From contig JAGCWE010000131.1 of the NCBI GenBank assembly GCA_017962005.1, positions 10,068-74,067 on the forward strand: a stretch of 64,000 nucleotides of DNA, written 5' to 3'. Origin of the DNA: Paludibacteraceae bacterium (lineage in GTDB: Bacteria > Bacteroidota > Bacteroidia > Bacteroidales > Paludibacteraceae). Positions 61,489 to 64,000 of this stretch are shown one piece after another (the stretch's first letter is position 1; each line of letters starts with the position of its first letter). The position numbers and the translations under genes are program-made. The notes under the pieces were generated by a model. The model saw only the letters and a list, made by a program, of their open reading frames with translations. It made no database searches and was not told the origin of the DNA.

Positions 61489-62585
61489 TGTCAAAAATCA
61501 AGAATATTGATAAGTTACGTGTCACGTACCATAGCCGATTGGTCGGTACGCTGATGATGTCACCCAATGGCGAGTCAGTGGTGTTTCAGTATGCGGAAGA
61601 ATGGTTGGGAGATGGTTTCTCAATTTCTCCGTTGGAACTGCCTTTGGAGAATAAGTTGTTTATTGCTCCGCGTACTCCGTTCTATGGCGATTTCGGTATT
61701 TTCGAGGATAGTATGCCGGACGGTTACGGACGATACTTGCTCAATCGTATCTTGCGCGAACAGGGTGTTGATGATTTCTCACTGACGCCGCTGCAGCGCT
61801 TGGCGATAGTTGGGGCTGCAGGCATGGGGGCATTGTGCTATGAGCCGGCAGTGCAGGCTGTAGCAGGAGCGGCACTGCCGGAACTGGATGAGTTGCAGCA
61901 GTTGGCGTTGGATGTGCTGTCGGAGAAGCAGACCGAAGGGGCGGATGTGCTGTATTTCAATAGCGGCAACTCCGGAGGCTGTCGCCCTAAATGCCTGTTG
62001 CGTCAGGACGGAAAGGACTGGTTGGTGAAGTTCCGGCATACATACGATCCGAAAGACATGGGCAAGCGGGAATATCGCTATATGCAGATGGCTGCGAAGT
62101 GCGGGATAGAGATTCCCGAGTGCCGGTTGATACAGGGCAGGTACTTTGCCTCCCGGCGTTTTGACCGGACGGAGGCGGGAGAGCGTATTCATGTGGCAAC
62201 GGCAGCTGCGCTGTTGACAGAGAGTGTCAATCCTCCGAAGGCGGATTATAAGACGTTGTTGAGTTTGACCGGATGGCTGACCCAGTCGCCGCAACAGGTG
62301 GAGCAGATGTTCCGCAGGATGGTGTACAACGTGCTGATAGAGAACAAGGATGACCATGCGAAGAACTTCACGTTCCTATGCCGCGACGGGAAATGGCAGC
62401 TGGCTCCGGCGTATGACTTGCTGCCGTGCATAGAGGGCTGTCACGGCCAGCATGCCACATCTGTGATGGGCAAAGGAAACCCGACGGACGAAGATCTGAT
62501 TGCGGCCGGAGAGACCATTCGTATCAATGCGCGTCGCGGCAGACTGATTATTGATGAGATGAGAAAAATAATAGCAGAATGCTGA
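61485..62585 (+). CDS. hipA: HipA-family Ser/Thr kinase toxin
   Basis: The N-terminal HipA-coupling region reads LRVTYHSRLVGTL...FQY. The kinase core has GGCRPK and the catalytic block NKDDHAKNFTF. Confidence 0.8.
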   Translation: MMSKIKNIDKLRVTYHSRLVGTLMMSPNGESVVFQYAEEWLGDGFSISPLELPLENKLFIAPRTPFYGDFGIFEDSMPDGYGRYLLNRILREQGVDDFSLTPLQRLAIVGAAGMGALCYEPAVQAVAGAALPELDELQQLALDVLSEKQTEGADVLYFNSGNSGGCRPKCLLRQDGKDWLVKFRHTYDPKDMGKREYRYMQMAAKCGIEIPECRLIQGRYFASRRFDRTEAGERIHVATAAALLTESVNPPKADYKTLLSLTGWLTQSPQQVEQMFRRMVYNVLIENKDDHAKNFTFLCRDGKWQLAPAYDLLPCIEGCHGQHATSVMGKGNPTDEDLIAAGETIRINARRGRLIIDEMRKIIAEC

Positions 62586-62627
62586 TAACTGATAATTTTT
62601 TCTCCGGCGAACGCCCTCCCCTCCCGC

Positions 62628-62725
62628 ACCGAAAAACAAACCCTCAAGAGGTATCTTTATAAATAAAAGCGCAGAAAAATGCGCTTTTCAGTTGCAGATC
62701 TCAAAAAAGCTGTACCTTTGCGGCG
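62628..62725. repeat. 98-nt direct repeat, copy B
   Basis: It duplicates the last 12 codons of the ligase tail frame, the terminator hairpin and the TACCTTTG box. Confidence 0.9.
62713..62720 (+). promoter_or_regulatory. -7 promoter box TACCTTTG for hipBA-2
   Basis: It lies inside direct repeat copy B, 51 nt upstream of 62771. Confidence 0.5.
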
Positions 62726-62770
62726 GATTTTGATTGGGGAAGCAGTCACTATCTCGCGGAATCATGTTCA

Positions 62771-63097
62771 ATGTGTGTAAAAGCAGTCATTATGATAGAC
62801 TATTTTATGACGAATGAGGCGCTGTTGCAGTACGTGGGTAAACAGATGCGGCAAATGCGAATCAACGCACGGTTAAGTCAGCAGCAATTGGCGGAACGTG
62901 CAGGTGTGTCGCGCTCTACGGTCACGCAAGTGGAGAATGGGAAAGGAATGAAATTGGAGTCAGTAGTGGCTATGCTGCGTGTGCTCAATAAACTGGAGAT
63001 TCTCAATAATTTCGAGACAAATGCCTTGGTCAGCCCGTTATTGATTGCCAAGCAGGCAGGTAAAACCCTTAAACGTATTCGTCCTCGTCATGATTAA
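62771..63097 (+). CDS. hipB: XRE-family HTH antitoxin (HipB-like), second module
   Basis: HTH segment LSQQQLAERAGVSRSTVTQVENGKG. Internal ATGs at 62792 and 62807 are alternative starts. Confidence 0.7.
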   Translation: MCVKAVIMIDYFMTNEALLQYVGKQMRQMRINARLSQQQLAERAGVSRSTVTQVENGKGMKLESVVAMLRVLNKLEILNNFETNALVSPLLIAKQAGKTLKRIRPRHD

Positions 63098-64000
63098 TTT
63101 TGCGAATGTTTATCTTTGGGATTTCCACATGGCGTCCCTCTCTGAAGACGAATCCGGACGTATCACAATGGCATACACACCCGAGTTTGTCAGCAGTGGT
63201 TACAACCCGTCTCCTCTCTTCACGACTCCGGAAAAAGATAAGATTTATGAGTTCTCCCAACTGCCGTTTAAGACATTCAAGGGGCTGCCCGGCTTTATAG
63301 CGGACTGTTTGCCGGATAAGTTCGGTACAGCTATTATCAATCATTGGCTGGAGAAATCCGGTCGTTCGAGAGATAGTTACACAACTCTCGAACGCTTGTT
63401 ATACCAGGGCTCGCGCGCGATGGGCGCTTTGCGTTTTGAACCGCAGGAACGCAAGGACTTGAATAAGCAGGTGGCGATTGACCTGGACGGCTTGATTGCG
63501 GCAACGGCTGAGGTGTTGGAAGAGCGAATGCGGATGGATACAAACCTCAAGACAGACGAAGAAGCGTTATTGACGATTCTCCGGGTGGGTACTTCTGCAG
63601 GAGGAGCCAGACCGAAAGCCGTGGTGGCATATAACCGTGAGACCGGAGACTTGCGTTCAGGACAGGTGGACGCGCCGGAAGGATACGAGCATTGGTTGTT
63701 GAAGTTGGATGGCGTGGATGAGAACAACCCCGGTTCGTATAGCGAGACAACGAACTACGGCTGTCTGGAGTACGCCTACTATAAGATGGTGCGGGATTGT
63801 GGGATTGAGATGATGGAGTCGAGGTTGTTGGAGGACGGGAATCGGCATCATTTCATGACGCGCCGTTTTGACCGCATCGGTGGTAGTCATCGCGTGCACA
63901 TGGTATCGCTCTGCGGCATGGCGCACTATGATTACAACCAACCGGATTCATGGTCTTACGAGCAGTTGTTTCGCGTCATGCGGGGGCTGCGAATGACGCA
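63090..64000 (+). CDS. hipA: HipA-family kinase toxin, second module (3' end outside window)
   Basis: Not in the ORF track because it has no stop inside the window. My hand translation from the ATG at 63090 (ATGATTAA overlap with the HTH gene) begins MINFANVYLWDFHMASLSEDESGRITMAYTPEF...LPDKFG...GTSAGGARPKAVV..., which is typical of HipA. Confidence 0.75.
   Translation, partial: MINFANVYLWDFHMASLSEDESGRITMAYTPEFVSSGYNPSPLFTTPEKDKIYEFSQLPFKTFKGLPGFIADCLPDKFGTAIINHWLEKSGRSRDSYTTLERLLYQGSRAMGALRFEPQERKDLNKQVAIDLDGLIAATAEVLEERMRMDTNLKTDEEALLTILRVGTSAGGARPKAVVAYNRETGDLRSGQVDAPEGYEHWLLKLDGVDENNPGSYSETTNYGCLEYAYYKMVRDCGIEMMESRLLEDGNRHHFMTRRFDRIGGSHRVHMVSLCGMAHYDYNQPDSWSYEQLFRVMRGLRMT

Noticed and set aside
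63100-63300. A 66-aa ORF listed after the second HTH gene.
   Set aside because: It is in the wrong frame. The frame starting at the ATG at 63090 gives a continuous HipA-like protein to the end of the window.

Overview
This is a Bacteroidales-type chromosomal segment. The evidence is a SusC/SusD pair, T9SS-type C-terminal domains, BspA-like LRR proteins, and TAnnTTTG -7 promoter boxes upstream of many genes.

Gene order, left to right:
- 1-5.7 kb: the 3' end of a polysaccharide-utilisation locus (SusC C-terminus, SusD, a surface lipoprotein), then a Ser/Thr-rich lipoprotein.
- 5.9-14.4 kb: an inverted duplication of a surface-protein module (small ORF, LRR protein, ~850-aa repeat adhesin). The two arms diverge from a 356-bp region that contains a single promoter bracketed by inverted repeats, so it is a candidate invertible promoter.
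- 14.4-25.1 kb: tRNA-Arg(ACG) with structured tandem repeats beside it, proS, two OmpA/porin-like genes, two paralogous T9SS cargo genes and a DUF4143-type ATPase.
- 25.6-44.5 kb: a block of housekeeping genes. It holds an AddAB-like helicase-nuclease pair, a LytTR protein, an SGNH hydrolase, xseA, comEC, a SIMPL protein, ftsY, a GH78-like rhamnosidase, an SpmA/B-like protein, a BspA LRR protein and gdhA. The block is bracketed by mirror-image arrays of 11-nt and 22-nt periodic repeats.
- 45-61 kb: an orphan type II PKS/FAS-like cluster. It has four ketosynthases, three ACPs, FabG, a CrtI-like oxidoreductase and an AMP-ligase. Upstream sit an Lnb/DUF4105-like membrane protein, a degenerate condensation-fold protein and a pyruvoyl (PSD-family) decarboxylase.
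- 61-64 kb: two tandem HipBA modules.

The cluster has three unusual properties:
- An AbiEi/AbiEii toxin-antitoxin pair is embedded inside the operon.
- It is peppered with heptanucleotide-period tracts, both inside conserved enzymes and in intergenic spacers.
- One tract, (CACCAAT)4, puts the conserved C-terminus of the AMP-ligase out of frame. That is a candidate slipped-strand phase switch, or an assembly error.

I recognised no rRNA, CRISPR array, transposase or integrase. All calls rest on reading the translated ORFs and the nucleotide sequence by eye; no database search was possible.
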